Virus record (IMG/VR): IMGVR_UViG_2582580933_000011
Coordinates: 1-25,865 of that record
DNA from: a virus
Lineage: Duplodnaviria > Heunggongvirae > Uroviricota > Caudoviricetes
Direction: 5' to 3' (one strand)
DNA length: 25,865 bases
The translations under genes were made by a program, and so were the position numbers. Below the pieces are notes generated by a model. That model searched no databases. It was not told where the DNA came from and saw only the letters and a program-made list of their open reading frames with translations. Of this stretch, positions 7,643 through 17,583 are shown piece by piece; positions within the stretch are counted from its first letter, which is position 1, and each line of letters begins with the position of its first letter.

Positions 7643-8524
7643 ATGCTTTTACCTCTTTTCCCGCTACCATCGCGGCCAACTGAATTGATCCAGTTCCGTC
7701 AGCCAAATATTGCTGATGCGATGCGTTTCAACTCGATAACACCGGAGGAACAAGAACAACAGACAACGGCGTATTTAAAAGCCTTGCTGGCTGAACCCGC
7801 GAAACATGATCCCCTGACATGGACGGCGCAGGACCGGATTACCGCGTTATGGTGGATATTTACCGGCTCCCGTGAAACACCGGTCGAGACATTCACCTAC
7901 ACCTGTAAACATTGCGGTAAAGAGCATTATTACGATTGCGATATGAATGCTCTGGCTGAAGATATCCAGGTCCTGGAAGTGGAACCGTTCATTGACGATA
8001 TTGAGGTGTCTGTAGAGGGAGTGCCTTATCAATGGCGTATCGTGCCGCTTGATGGTTGGGCAATGGAAATGCTGGAGATGCGCCGTGCAGCATTGCCACC
8101 TGAAGACGACGCGGAATTCAAAGAAGCGATCGTTGATTTGCGTTTTTGGGAATTCGCTTATCAGTGTGAGCTTTATAACGATGTTAGTGGTACTCGTGAA
8201 GATCAGGCTGAGCGTCGTTATGAAACGATTAAACGGATGGCCATTGATACTGAATTTATGAAGCTGGCGGCACACATCCGACTGGCTCATGAAAAGCTCG
8301 AACATGGTTTACCGTGCTACATCGATAAAGGTGAAATGCGTCTTCGTCTCCCGCCGCACAAATGCCCAAACCAGGATAAAAAGGAGTCCACAGAGGGTGC
8401 GTTTACCCGTCTGTGGGTGCCCTTTCGGGCTACCGACTTCATTCCACAGGTGGGGATTGAAAAGCTATCAGACCTTAGTATCCAACCTGGTTTTGTATGG
8501 GGGTATACCGATTCAGGACGCTGA
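7643..8524 (+). CDS. tail protein with Cys-x2-Cys zinc-ribbon-like motif; candidate tail assembly chaperone (gene immediately upstream of tape measure)
   Basis: 293 aa with CKHCGKEHYYDCD. RBS AAGGAG upstream of the ATG at 7643. A +1-frame ORF (8289..8594) overlaps its 3' end and ends 11 nt before the tape-measure start. Confidence 0.5.
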   Translation: MLLPLFPLPSRPTELIQFRQPNIADAMRFNSITPEEQEQQTTAYLKALLAEPAKHDPLTWTAQDRITALWWIFTGSRETPVETFTYTCKHCGKEHYYDCDMNALAEDIQVLEVEPFIDDIEVSVEGVPYQWRIVPLDGWAMEMLEMRRAALPPEDDAEFKEAIVDLRFWEFAYQCELYNDVSGTREDQAERRYETIKRMAIDTEFMKLAAHIRLAHEKLEHGLPCYIDKGEMRLRLPPHKCPNQDKKESTEGAFTRLWVPFRATDFIPQVGIEKLSDLSIQPGFVWGYTDSGR

Positions 8525-8605
8525 AAGGCTTACTGAATCCTATGCGTTTTTCCTGTTGGAGAAACTGGAAGAAAAACTTAAACCGAAACGGTAGGCGATA
8601 AGATC

Positions 8606-11600
8606 ATGGAAAGAAAAAACGCCAACATTGACGATGTTATAAGGACAGTTGAAACCGCCAGCGCAAAAGAGCTGGAAGAGCTTGCAGGTATCCGGGAAGC
8701 TGTTGAAGATTTGAAAGGGGGACGCGTTGCAACTGTTGATCCTGTCTCTCACAGTGTGTCGGCATTAAATCGCACAATCGAAAATTCCAGGCCAGACTTT
8801 GTGGCCAATGCGCCATCAGTGGCCCCTATTGTTGAGGCAATGAAACGGCTTAATTTAGGGGACGTTTCTCGTGTAGTTCAGGAGGATGTTGCTCTACAGG
8901 AACCGCAGGCCAAATCAACTACGCGAAAGGGTAAAAAACGACGCAAGAAGGCTATAACAGAAGATGTAAAGGCGCAACGGACCGAAGCAGCCGAACACGC
9001 TCGCGAAATGTTCGGTCAAAAAGGCGGTGCGCAAAAAAGCCAAAACCAACGCGATGCGCGTGGTCGTTTTATTGGAAAGCCAGGGAGTAAGGCCGCAGCG
9101 GAAGATGCCCGTGCTGAACGTGCTGAAAAGGCCAGGCGCAAAGAGGATGATGAGCGTCTAAATGCTGAATCAGGTTTATTAAAAAAACTGTCAAAAGTAG
9201 CTGAAGGCATAGGTAACCCTTCAGAGACTCGCGCCGTCGATGCGTTAGGTTATGCCGTTGCTGGTCCATTGTGGGCCGCAGGGAAGGAGCTTGGCGGGAT
9301 ATCAAAAGAAGTTGGTGGATCGCTTAATGGTGCCAGAAAGTCTATTGCCGATGTGATTCGTGGCAATGACGATAACAGCCGTAGAAAAGGTTTTTTTAGG
9401 CGTAAATCGCAAAATAGTGCCGATGTCGTTCAGGTTAACACCCAAAAACGGACGGTTCAGGAACTTCAGGATCAGACCAGCGAAATTAAAGAGGGCAATG
9501 ACAAGATTCTCAGCGCCCTTGATCAGATAGCCAAAAACACCGGGAAAAAGAAGGGCGGCTTGCTGTCCAAATTATTTAGCCTGTTAGGGAAGGGGGCCGG
9601 TGGCGTCGCGTCGTTGTTTATGGGGCGTGGCATGCTGAAAAAAGCTGGAGCACTCGCTTTTGGCGCTCTGGGGGCAAAGAAACTTGTAGGAATGCTACGC
9701 GGTGGTGGCAAGAAGACTCTCGCCCATGAAGGCGGAGATTTGGCTGCCCGGGCAGCAGGTAAACTTGGATTAAAGGCAGTTGGTAAAGGGGCGTTACGCG
9801 CAATTCCCCTAGTCGGCACAGTGGCTGGAGGTATTTATGATGCGGTAACCGGTTGGAATGATACAGAAGCGCAACGTCGAGCGTTTGGGCTTAAATCAGG
9901 ACAAGATCCATCATTCCAGCAAAAAGCCGCTTATACGTTAGCCAATGTTCTTGATTTGGGGGGACTGGTATCTGGTATTAGCAGTGCTATTGGTGATGTT
10001 CTCAAATCACTTGGATTTGAGGATATCGGCAATATGTTGCAATCATTTTCGACGGAAAGTATTGCCCAGGCCATTGATAGTGGGATTACCAACTTAGAAA
10101 CATATATTTCTAACCTTGGCGACACCATTTCTACCAAGTTCGATGATTACACAGCAAAGATTGGTGATGCTGTTTCAGCATGGTTTAGCGATACATCTAA
10201 TAAGCTGCTTGAAAAGCTGGATGCCATCAAAGACTTCTTTACTGTCGATAACCTGAAACAGGTTTTCAGTGATGCAATTGATAGTGCAATTGATTTCATT
10301 AAGAACCCAGGGAAACACATTAAAGAGGCAGCTAGTAATATTTGGGATGGGGTTAAAAATTTACCAGGTAAAGCATTAGATGCAGCGGTTGATGCCGTTA
10401 AAAATACCCCTGCGGCAATGATTGTATCAAAAACACCCAATCCGATCGGCGAGGCTAATGCGAAAGAAATCACTCCAGAGTTAAAAGCTCCGGTTAATAG
10501 CCAGCAGGGGACATCTGATTCTAAAGCTGAATCCGATGCCAAACAGACTAATATTGCTGCCCGCGTGATAAATGCGGCCCTGGATATGGCGAAAGATAGC
10601 AATAAAACAGTTAAAGAAACTGCTAATCAGATTATCAATGCAAATGCCGTAGAAACAGGAAATAAAGCAGCACAAACAATTGATGCTGCCTTGGGCCAGT
10701 CTGCTACAGGTAAGGAGGAAGCATTAAGTGCATATGAGATAGATAAACGTCGATTTAACAATGGCAAGGATGTTTCTTTGCCAAAATTAAATGCTGCCGG
10801 ATACCAATGGATTTCTGACAATGCCGATTATTTTGATGAGCTTGAACGTAAGTATGGGCTTGAAAAAGGGATTCTGTCAGCAGTTGCATCCGCAGAGTCT
10901 AGTGCAGGCCAGAGAACTGGAAATCCAGTAGACAAAAACGGGAACAAACTTTCATCTGCCCTTGGGGCTTTTCAGATCACTAAAGGTACAAGGGAGGATC
11001 TTGGACTCAGCGATGCTGATGCCATGGATACACGAAAAGCAGCTGATGGTGCCGCCAGATACCTAAGTATGCTGATGAACCGTTATAACGGTGATCAGGG
11101 TCGTGCAATAGCTGCCTATCATGCTGGTATGGGGCATGTTGATAAGGGGAGAGTAGTCGCCGGTACCGGCGAATATGTTACTCGTGTCAGAGGTTATCAG
11201 CAGATGCTCAATAATGGTGCCGTTTATGGCTCTAAGGTAGATCATAGCGCACCAGCAATTCACGAAAAGATACCTGATAACGCTGTTATCGATCAGTCTA
11301 CTGGCCTGGCGTTTACCCCTGGTGATAGCCCGTTTGAGAAAGGCGGTCTGGTAGACAAAATTGGCAATGCTGTTGGTGTTAACGATCTGGTCAACAAATT
11401 CATGAATGGCCGGGGTATGCGTCGGGAAGTCGTTCAGGGAACGCTCGAAGAACGTGCACGAGGGAAGGGGACCGCAACAGCAGCTGGCAATGTGTATGTT
11501 GATACTCCGATGCCAGTTGAAGAGGCGCGTCCGGTGGCCAGCAATTCAAGTTACTTTGACCAACTCGGCGCACAAATGGGGATTGATGGACTATTCGATA

Positions 11601-11980
11601 AACTCCGCAACTCGCCGGGGATGCGGAAAAATAATGCGCCTGAACCAGCCTCCACGTCCCAGGTGACGACTGCCGCCAACGATTTGCAGCAACCAACCGG
11701 TCGTATGCAGATAGACGGACAGGTTATTAGTGACCTTGGCGGCTCCGGTGCCAAGCCGACAATGCAGTTGGCTGATAATACCGTTTCACTTGATGGTGAA
11801 ACGAAGCGGCTGTTTGCGCAGATGACCTCATTGCTTGCCAGGATTGAAGAGCACACTAAAGACTCGGCGAAAGGCCAGGGAACTGTCGTAAAGGTCAGCA
11901 CGCCTCAACCGGGCGTTATGCGCACGGTGCCACTGTCAATTGATGATCCGTTGATGAATGACTACGCGAGAGTTGATTGA
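8606..11980 (+). CDS. sit: Sit-like tape-measure / structural injection protein with internal soluble lytic transglycosylase (SLT) domain
   Basis: 1124 aa. Gly/Ala/Lys-rich N-terminal half. SLT signature at approx nt 10860-11140 (LSAVASAESSAGQ ... GAFQITKG ... AAYHAGMGHV). Position upstream of the baseplate and fibre genes. Size close to P1 Sit as recalled. Confidence 0.85.
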   Translation: MERKNANIDDVIRTVETASAKELEELAGIREAVEDLKGGRVATVDPVSHSVSALNRTIENSRPDFVANAPSVAPIVEAMKRLNLGDVSRVVQEDVALQEPQAKSTTRKGKKRRKKAITEDVKAQRTEAAEHAREMFGQKGGAQKSQNQRDARGRFIGKPGSKAAAEDARAERAEKARRKEDDERLNAESGLLKKLSKVAEGIGNPSETRAVDALGYAVAGPLWAAGKELGGISKEVGGSLNGARKSIADVIRGNDDNSRRKGFFRRKSQNSADVVQVNTQKRTVQELQDQTSEIKEGNDKILSALDQIAKNTGKKKGGLLSKLFSLLGKGAGGVASLFMGRGMLKKAGALAFGALGAKKLVGMLRGGGKKTLAHEGGDLAARAAGKLGLKAVGKGALRAIPLVGTVAGGIYDAVTGWNDTEAQRRAFGLKSGQDPSFQQKAAYTLANVLDLGGLVSGISSAIGDVLKSLGFEDIGNMLQSFSTESIAQAIDSGITNLETYISNLGDTISTKFDDYTAKIGDAVSAWFSDTSNKLLEKLDAIKDFFTVDNLKQVFSDAIDSAIDFIKNPGKHIKEAASNIWDGVKNLPGKALDAAVDAVKNTPAAMIVSKTPNPIGEANAKEITPELKAPVNSQQGTSDSKAESDAKQTNIAARVINAALDMAKDSNKTVKETANQIINANAVETGNKAAQTIDAALGQSATGKEEALSAYEIDKRRFNNGKDVSLPKLNAAGYQWISDNADYFDELERKYGLEKGILSAVASAESSAGQRTGNPVDKNGNKLSSALGAFQITKGTREDLGLSDADAMDTRKAADGAARYLSMLMNRYNGDQGRAIAAYHAGMGHVDKGRVVAGTGEYVTRVRGYQQMLNNGAVYGSKVDHSAPAIHEKIPDNAVIDQSTGLAFTPGDSPFEKGGLVDKIGNAVGVNDLVNKFMNGRGMRREVVQGTLEERARGKGTATAAGNVYVDTPMPVEEARPVASNSSYFDQLGAQMGIDGLFDKLRNSPGMRKNNAPEPASTSQVTTAANDLQQPTGRMQIDGQVISDLGGSGAKPTMQLADNTVSLDGETKRLFAQMTSLLARIEEHTKDSAKGQGTVVKVSTPQPGVMRTVPLSIDDPLMNDYARVD

Positions 11981-12336
11981 TGGCCAACAATAATGAAATT
12001 GATCCTTTACTGACGCTGGAGTTATCCGGCGTAAAAACGTATGAGTCCCAGGAGGAGGCCTGGGGCGCTCGTTTATATGAGTGGCTAAACACTTATCAGG
12101 GTGAGGTATACGGAGATCCGTCATGGGGCAATGTTTTACCGCAGTTTAAACACGAACCGACCAACTTGTCGCATGTTCAAATTGCGGTTGAGGCAATGCT
12201 TTTGCAAAAACTGACGGTAGATTTACCCGACATACCGATTTCTGGCTTGTCAGTAGCCGAGGGAGATGCTTTTGATAAGTTGAAAATATCCATTCGTATC
12301 AGGGATATAACTATCACACAGGACGTGGTGCTATGA
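11977..12336 (+). CDS. small baseplate protein (119 aa)
   Basis: Start overlaps the sit stop (ATGA). Size and position as for P1 pmgA (as recalled) and gp25/W-like baseplate proteins. No motif-level confirmation. Confidence 0.5.
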   Translation: MMANNNEIDPLLTLELSGVKTYESQEEAWGARLYEWLNTYQGEVYGDPSWGNVLPQFKHEPTNLSHVQIAVEAMLLQKLTVDLPDIPISGLSVAEGDAFDKLKISIRIRDITITQDVVL

Positions 12337-13766
12337 GTAAAACAACACCGACTAAAGACAGTATTCGTGCAGAGTTTGAAGAGCTTGTCGAGAAAGATTC
12401 ATTCTGGTCGAAGTTTGTCGGCTCTCAATTTGTCTCGATGCTGACATTGTTTATTACCCAGATTGTCTACAGGTGCTTTCAGTATGCCGATGCGGCGCTG
12501 GCTGAAGGCTTTATATCGACCGCGACGCGGCGTTCCTCTATCCTGGCAGCAGCAGAAACGAATAGTTACGTTGGTACCAAGCCAACACCGTCATCGGGGA
12601 TGATTGAGATCACTGCCACAAGTGAAGATGCCCCAGCGGTAATCCCCAAAAACATGCCTTTAATATCTGACGACCAGTACCCTTACATGACTATGGATGT
12701 ATGCAGGTTGGTTGACGGCACCGGTACGGTAGAAGTGGCACAGTTGGAAATCCAGGAGGTGACATATACCGTTACGGCAGCCAAAGAATTTCTGGAAGTC
12801 GTGTTATCAAAGGCTCTCACTGCTGTCTGCTATAAGCTGGAAGTATTCGTGACGACCGATGGTAAGACCACGCAGTGGTCTTCCAGCACTATGTTCCGGT
12901 TAGCCGGTAGTAAAAGCCAGGTCTACGTTGAGTTTTATAAACCATCCGAGCAGTTGGGGGTTCGATTCGGTGATGGGCTAATTGGGCAAATACCGCCAGA
13001 AGGCTCGACAATTACGCTTAAGGTATGGTGCACCAACGGCGATATAACCCTGGTTGCTGGCCAAAACCTGACGCCTGTCGATTCTGCGGCTAATTTAGCT
13101 AATTTGATTTCAGTTAAGACAACGACACCTATAACCGCAGGTACCGATGCCGAAACAACGGAGATCACACGTAACCGTGCACAATATTACCTTGCCTATG
13201 ATGATCAGGTCGTATGGGGCGGGGACTATACGTATTTTCTGGTGCGTAACATCCCGGGACTGTCCTGGGTAAAGGCATGGGGCGAAGGCCAGCAAGAGAA
13301 ATTAGATGGTGCTTATAATGTTCGTAATATCAATAAGATATTTATTTCAGGGTGGCATCCAAATAAAAGCCAGTCAGAGCTTGAAGAAATGATCCTGGCT
13401 GCCTTTAAGAAGGTGCCGAATGAGTTGAACAAGAAATTCTCGTATAAAGAGGTCAGAAAACTACCCTTTAAGATCACCATCACCGGGCGGATATCGGCAA
13501 GCCTGACCATTGAGAACGTGACCGATGAGCTGAAGTCGGCACTGGAAACAAAATTTGGGCGTGACTCAACTTTCTTTGATCCGAACCGTGTCGGCAAGTA
13601 CATCCTAATCAAGAAAAAAGATGTTTGGGCGTTTATCGAAACGCTGGGTTATTTCCGCGACTTTTATCTGGAATTTGTCGAGTGGAATGAGTCCAACGGC
13701 TTTTACGATTTCGTTTATCTGGATACAGAAAACTCCACCTTTAATATTTCGTATGAGGAGGAGTGA
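12333..13766 (+). CDS. baseplate protein (BplA/J-like, 477 aa)
   Basis: Overlapping start/stop with neighbours. Size and position match the baseplate J-like gene preceding tail fibre genes in myovirus tail operons. Confidence 0.55.
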   Translation: MSKTTPTKDSIRAEFEELVEKDSFWSKFVGSQFVSMLTLFITQIVYRCFQYADAALAEGFISTATRRSSILAAAETNSYVGTKPTPSSGMIEITATSEDAPAVIPKNMPLISDDQYPYMTMDVCRLVDGTGTVEVAQLEIQEVTYTVTAAKEFLEVVLSKALTAVCYKLEVFVTTDGKTTQWSSSTMFRLAGSKSQVYVEFYKPSEQLGVRFGDGLIGQIPPEGSTITLKVWCTNGDITLVAGQNLTPVDSAANLANLISVKTTTPITAGTDAETTEITRNRAQYYLAYDDQVVWGGDYTYFLVRNIPGLSWVKAWGEGQQEKLDGAYNVRNINKIFISGWHPNKSQSELEEMILAAFKKVPNELNKKFSYKEVRKLPFKITITGRISASLTIENVTDELKSALETKFGRDSTFFDPNRVGKYILIKKKDVWAFIETLGYFRDFYLEFVEWNESNGFYDFVYLDTENSTFNISYEEE

Positions 13767-14602
13767 TGCAACGTTCCTGGTTTAATAACCGGCTTACATC
13801 AGCGAAGCAAAAGTCATTGCTCTATAAATCATTGGCTGATTTGGTTCAGTCAATGATGGATACCTTTGTTGACCCATGGTTGGAGCGAATTACCAACCGG
13901 AAGTCTATTTTTTCCATGAGCAAGGAGGATCTGGAGACCAGGACAAATGAACTTGGCCAGTTCTTTACTATCAGAACGTCGAACTCATCTTCCGTTCCGA
14001 TGTTGTTACAACAGCGTCTTGATGAGATTCACTTTAAGGGGACTGAACGCCCTATAAACCAGACAATTTACCGCGAATTTAACGGTATTTCTGTTTTATG
14101 GGATCCGATATATGCACCGGTGGACCTTGAGCGCCATCCCTATGGCACGGTTCTAATACCAGAAAGCACACTGGAGACTACCGGCGGCACATTCGGCGAG
14201 ATGTTTCTGACTTCCAGAGGGATGATCAGTATTCCCATAAACGACCTGGCCCGGACAATGGGGATTACTGGCACGATAGATCAGTCCGCAATTACAGAAG
14301 AAATTCTCAGAAAGTTTAATCAGTTCGTAAAGCCTCTACTGCCACTGCATATAGTGTTTGATGGGCTTACGCTCTATTTGTCGGTTGTTGTAAATGAACA
14401 GGCCGACCTGATCACTTTGAACGAGATTTCTGATACCGAAAAAGCATTCTGCTGGTTTGAAACTTCGGATACAACTTCGCTTACTGGAGTTACGTCGATT
14501 AGCGCCCCGATCACCGCAACGCCTGGTGGCACTATTGTGAAAGCGACACCTACGTTTGATCGCACACGCGCAGATGATTTGTTGCTGGATAGCGACGCCT
14601 GA
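13763..14602 (+). CDS. baseplate/tail protein (279 aa)
   Basis: Start overlaps the upstream stop (ATGA). Last gene before the hairpin that separates the baseplate genes from the R-fibre-chaperone unit. Confidence 0.55.
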   Translation: MMQRSWFNNRLTSAKQKSLLYKSLADLVQSMMDTFVDPWLERITNRKSIFSMSKEDLETRTNELGQFFTIRTSNSSSVPMLLQQRLDEIHFKGTERPINQTIYREFNGISVLWDPIYAPVDLERHPYGTVLIPESTLETTGGTFGEMFLTSRGMISIPINDLARTMGITGTIDQSAITEEILRKFNQFVKPLLPLHIVFDGLTLYLSVVVNEQADLITLNEISDTEKAFCWFETSDTTSLTGVTSISAPITATPGGTIVKATPTFDRTRADDLLLDSDA

Positions 14603-14605
14603 CAA

Positions 14606-14630
14606 TCACCCCGTCCGCAGGGCGGGGTGA
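14606..14630 (+). terminator. GC-rich hairpin (11-bp stem, 3-nt loop) between baseplate gene and R-like gene; terminator or regulatory element
   Basis: TCACCCCGTCC gca GGGCGGGGTGA, followed by a pyrimidine-rich tract and a TACAAT -10-like hexamer at 14645-14650. Confidence 0.3.
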
Positions 14631-14680
14631 CAAGTTACTTCTCTTACAATGAGGCTTCACAACATTGATTAGGGAAAATC

Positions 14681-15115
14681 ATGTCTGACGTCTCAACAAA
14701 CCTCTATAAGAGTCAGTTGTTGGACTATTACTATCAGCGGCGCGCTGAATCGTCCATTAACAAAGGCTCTCGATTTTTAATCAGCAAGGCCGTTTTCGGT
14801 ACCAGTTCACTGGTTACTAAGAAAGGAGATGGCACTTATGAGATTGGAGAACTGCCAAAGGCTTTCGATCTGGCAGAACTGACCAGTCAATTTTGCACCA
14901 TCAACCTCGTCCCAACCTACTCAGGCGGGATAATTACTGTCCGAATGGACCTTGATCAAAGCCAGTTGCAGGAAGGGAAAAACTACCCATTCAACACTCT
15001 GGTTGTTCTGGATAACGAGAACAAGCCAATCGCCATTATTTGTGTCCAGGAAGACTCGCTGTATGTGGGCAAAACATATACCGCAGTTATGGCCATAAAC
15101 ACGACAACAGCATAA
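14681..15115 (+). CDS. R-like protein, first gene of the tail fibre unit (144 aa)
   Basis: ORF with AGGGAAAA upstream of the ATG. It precedes the fibre gene as gene R does in the P1 R-S-U operon (as recalled). Confidence 0.55.
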   Translation: MSDVSTNLYKSQLLDYYYQRRAESSINKGSRFLISKAVFGTSSLVTKKGDGTYEIGELPKAFDLAELTSQFCTINLVPTYSGGIITVRMDLDQSQLQEGKNYPFNTLVVLDNENKPIAIICVQEDSLYVGKTYTAVMAINTTTA

Positions 15116-15126
15116 GGATATGCTTG

Positions 15127-17583
15127 ATGAATGACGTTACAGTTGTTACATCAGTTACTTACCCATCACCCGAGTCGTTGGCTCTGGTGGCTGATGTGCA
15201 ATACCACGAACCATATCTGTCAGCCGCGCTAAACCGAAAATTCAGGGGGATTGTTGACCCGGGATTTTATGCCGGTTTCTTACCTAAGCCTGGCGGTGGG
15301 ATGAACCTGTTAATCACCTCTGTGGATGGTGATAAAACTGCTGGCGCAGCGTCAGTGGATATTGGTGAATTCTACCAGGTAACTATTCAGCATCGTAAGG
15401 ATATTTCTCTTGCACTTAGCGCCGGTAAGAAATATGCAATTGTGCTGAAGGGAAGATACCTCCTTGGAGAGGATACCTATCAGGTTAATACCGCGTCACA
15501 TATTCATGCGGCTGAATTTGTTACCAGAACCTATACCGATTCATATCAGTTAGGAGATGGGGAGCTGCTTGTTTGTACGGTGAATATCCCTGCTGGCGTA
15601 TCAGCCATTACCCAGGAGATGATTGATACATCCGAGCGTATTAACCGCACGATCGGCATTGATATTTCAGACTCTGTAACCAGTAGCAGAAGTGATGTTG
15701 CTGCAAGTTCGCTGGCAGTTAAAAAAGCCTACGATCTGGCGAAAAGCAAGTATACGGCGCAGGATGCAAGCACAACGCAAAAGGGATTAGTTCAGCTCAG
15801 TAGCGAAACTAACAGCGATAGCGAAACAATGGCGGCTACCCCTAAAGCCGTTAAGTCTGTAAAAGATCTTGCTGATACCAAAGCGCCAATAGAAAGCCCG
15901 AGTCTGACAGGAACGCCAACCGCGCCGACGGCGGCGCAAGGTACAAACAGCACACAGATCGCAAATACAGCCTTTGTTAAGGCAGCTATAACTGCACTTA
16001 TCAACGGTGCACCTGGCACACTGGATACACTTAAAGAAATAGCTGCTGCGATCAATAACGACCCGAATTTCAGCACAACTATCAACAATGCTCTGGCCCT
16101 TAAAGCGCCTTTAGCAAGTCCTGCATTAACGGGAATACCTACTGCGCCTACCGCTGCACAGGGTACGAATAACACGCAGATTGCTACGACCGCTTATGTA
16201 AGAGCTGCCATATCCGCATTGGTTGGTTCATCACCAGAAGCTCTTGATACCCTGAATGAGCTTGCCGCAGCACTTGGCAATGACCCGAACTTTGCGACAA
16301 CAATGACAAATGCGCTGGCAGGTAAACAGCCTCTGGATGCAACTTTAACCGCTCTCGCTGCCCTTGCGACTGGTGCAAACAAACTGCCTTATTTCACTGG
16401 TAAGGATACGGTAGCTCAGACTGATTTAACGTCAGTCGGTCGCGATATTCTGGCTAAAACAAGCACACTGGCCGTTATCCAATACCTTGGTTTAAGAGAA
16501 CTCGGAACAAGCGGTGAAAAGATCCCCCTGTTGAGCACGGCTAACACATGGAGTGCACGCCAGACTTTCAACGGCGGGATCACCGGGGCGCTGACAGGGA
16601 ACGCCGATACCGCGACGAAATTGAAAACAGCCAGAAACATTAATGGCGTCAGGTTCGATGGTTCTACGAACATTTCGATACCAACAATTACGTCTAGAGG
16701 ACGCGTTACTGCGCTTACCGGTACAACGCAAGGTGCTGCTACTGGATTGCAGATGTATGAGGCATACAACAATGGCTACCCAACAGCTTATGGTAATGTG
16801 CTTCATCTCACTGGTGCAGCCGCAGTAGGAGAGGGTGAATTACTTATTGGCTGGAGTGGAACCAGCGGCGCTCATGCTCCTGCGTATATTCGTTCGCGGC
16901 GGGATACGACCGACGCAAACTGGTCGCCGTGGGCGCAGCTTTACACGTCGGCCCATCCTCCGGCAGAGTTTTATCCAGTCGGCGCCCCAATCCCGTGGCC
17001 TTCTGATGTAGTACCTACAGGTTATGCTATTATGCAGGGGCAAACTTTTGATAAGTCTGCATACCCAAAACTTGCAGTAGCGTATCCATCTGGTGTGATC
17101 CCTGATATGCGTGGCTGGACAATCAAGGGCAAACCCGCCAGTGGTCGTGCTGTATTGTCTCAGGAACAGGACGGTATTAAATCGCACACCCACAGCGCAA
17201 GTGCATCAAGTACTGATTTGGGAACGAAAACAACCAGTTCGTTTGATTACGGGACAAAAACAGTCAGCACGTTTAACCACGGCACAAAAACAACAAACAA
17301 TACAGGAGCGCATACGCACACTGTCGGTGGTCGCTATGGTGGTGACTCCATCGGGAGTAAACAACGCGTACAGGTATCAGGAACCAACCAGGTGTCAAGC
17401 TCTGCCGGAGCACATGCCCATACTGTCGATATTGGTCAGCATAACCACACCGTAGGTATTGGTGCCCATGCACACACTTTGGCATTGGGTGCGCACGGAC
17501 ATACCATCACGGTTAACGCTACTGGTAATGCGGAAAACACCGTAAAAAACATTGCATATAACTATATTGTGAGACTTGCATGA
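15127..17583 (+). CDS. tail fibre protein (S-like), 818 aa
   Basis: Start chosen at ATG 15127 (AAGGA 8 nt upstream; the 15040 start would overlap the R-like gene). Two tandem phage-fibre repeats ([28 protein letters not shown]... and [28 protein letters not shown]...). C-terminal His-box repeats [33 protein letters not shown]. Confidence 0.85.
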   Translation: MNDVTVVTSVTYPSPESLALVADVQYHEPYLSAALNRKFRGIVDPGFYAGFLPKPGGGMNLLITSVDGDKTAGAASVDIGEFYQVTIQHRKDISLALSAGKKYAIVLKGRYLLGEDTYQVNTASHIHAAEFVTRTYTDSYQLGDGELLVCTVNIPAGVSAITQEMIDTSERINRTIGIDISDSVTSSRSDVAASSLAVKKAYDLAKSKYTAQDASTTQKGLVQLSSETNSDSETMAATPKAVKSVKDLADTKAPIESPSLTGTPTAPTAAQGTNSTQIANTAFVKAAITALINGAPGTLDTLKEIAAAINNDPNFSTTINNALALKAPLASPALTGIPTAPTAAQGTNNTQIATTAYVRAAISALVGSSPEALDTLNELAAALGNDPNFATTMTNALAGKQPLDATLTALAALATGANKLPYFTGKDTVAQTDLTSVGRDILAKTSTLAVIQYLGLRELGTSGEKIPLLSTANTWSARQTFNGGITGALTGNADTATKLKTARNINGVRFDGSTNISIPTITSRGRVTALTGTTQGAATGLQMYEAYNNGYPTAYGNVLHLTGAAAVGEGELLIGWSGTSGAHAPAYIRSRRDTTDANWSPWAQLYTSAHPPAEFYPVGAPIPWPSDVVPTGYAIMQGQTFDKSAYPKLAVAYPSGVIPDMRGWTIKGKPASGRAVLSQEQDGIKSHTHSASASSTDLGTKTTSSFDYGTKTVSTFNHGTKTTNNTGAHTHTVGGRYGGDSIGSKQRVQVSGTNQVSSSAGAHAHTVDIGQHNHTVGIGAHAHTLALGAHGHTITVNATGNAENTVKNIAYNYIVRLA
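15895..16330 (+). repeat. intragenic tandem repeat (two approx 65-codon phage tail-fibre repeat units) within the fibre gene
   Basis: Protein-level repeat. The two DNA copies are diverged, so this is an ancient structural repeat, not a recent duplication. Confidence 0.6.

Noticed and set aside
9016-11901. Multiple minus-strand ORFs (for example 9523..9819, 10147..10602, 11400..11696, 11551..11901) inside the Sit-like gene
   Set aside because: Shadow ORFs on the antisense strand of a long, clearly coding, compositionally biased gene. No RBS or domain features.
15040-15126. Upstream start (15040) for the tail fibre ORF
   Set aside because: It would overlap the R-like gene by 76 nt and lacks an RBS. 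The ATG at 15127 has AAGGA upstream and begins right after the R stop.
15792-17485. Antisense and alternative-frame ORFs within the tail fibre gene (15792..16175, 16416..16772, 16840..17193, 17111..17455 and others)
   Set aside because: They lie opposite or out of frame to a gene with recognisable fibre repeats and His-boxes. Ala/Gly-rich translations are typical of reverse-strand artefacts.
15895-17520. Possibility that the repeated units in the fibre gene are a CRISPR array or mobile repeats
   Set aside because: The repeats are in-frame coding repeats with diverged DNA copies. There are no short identical direct repeats with unique spacers.
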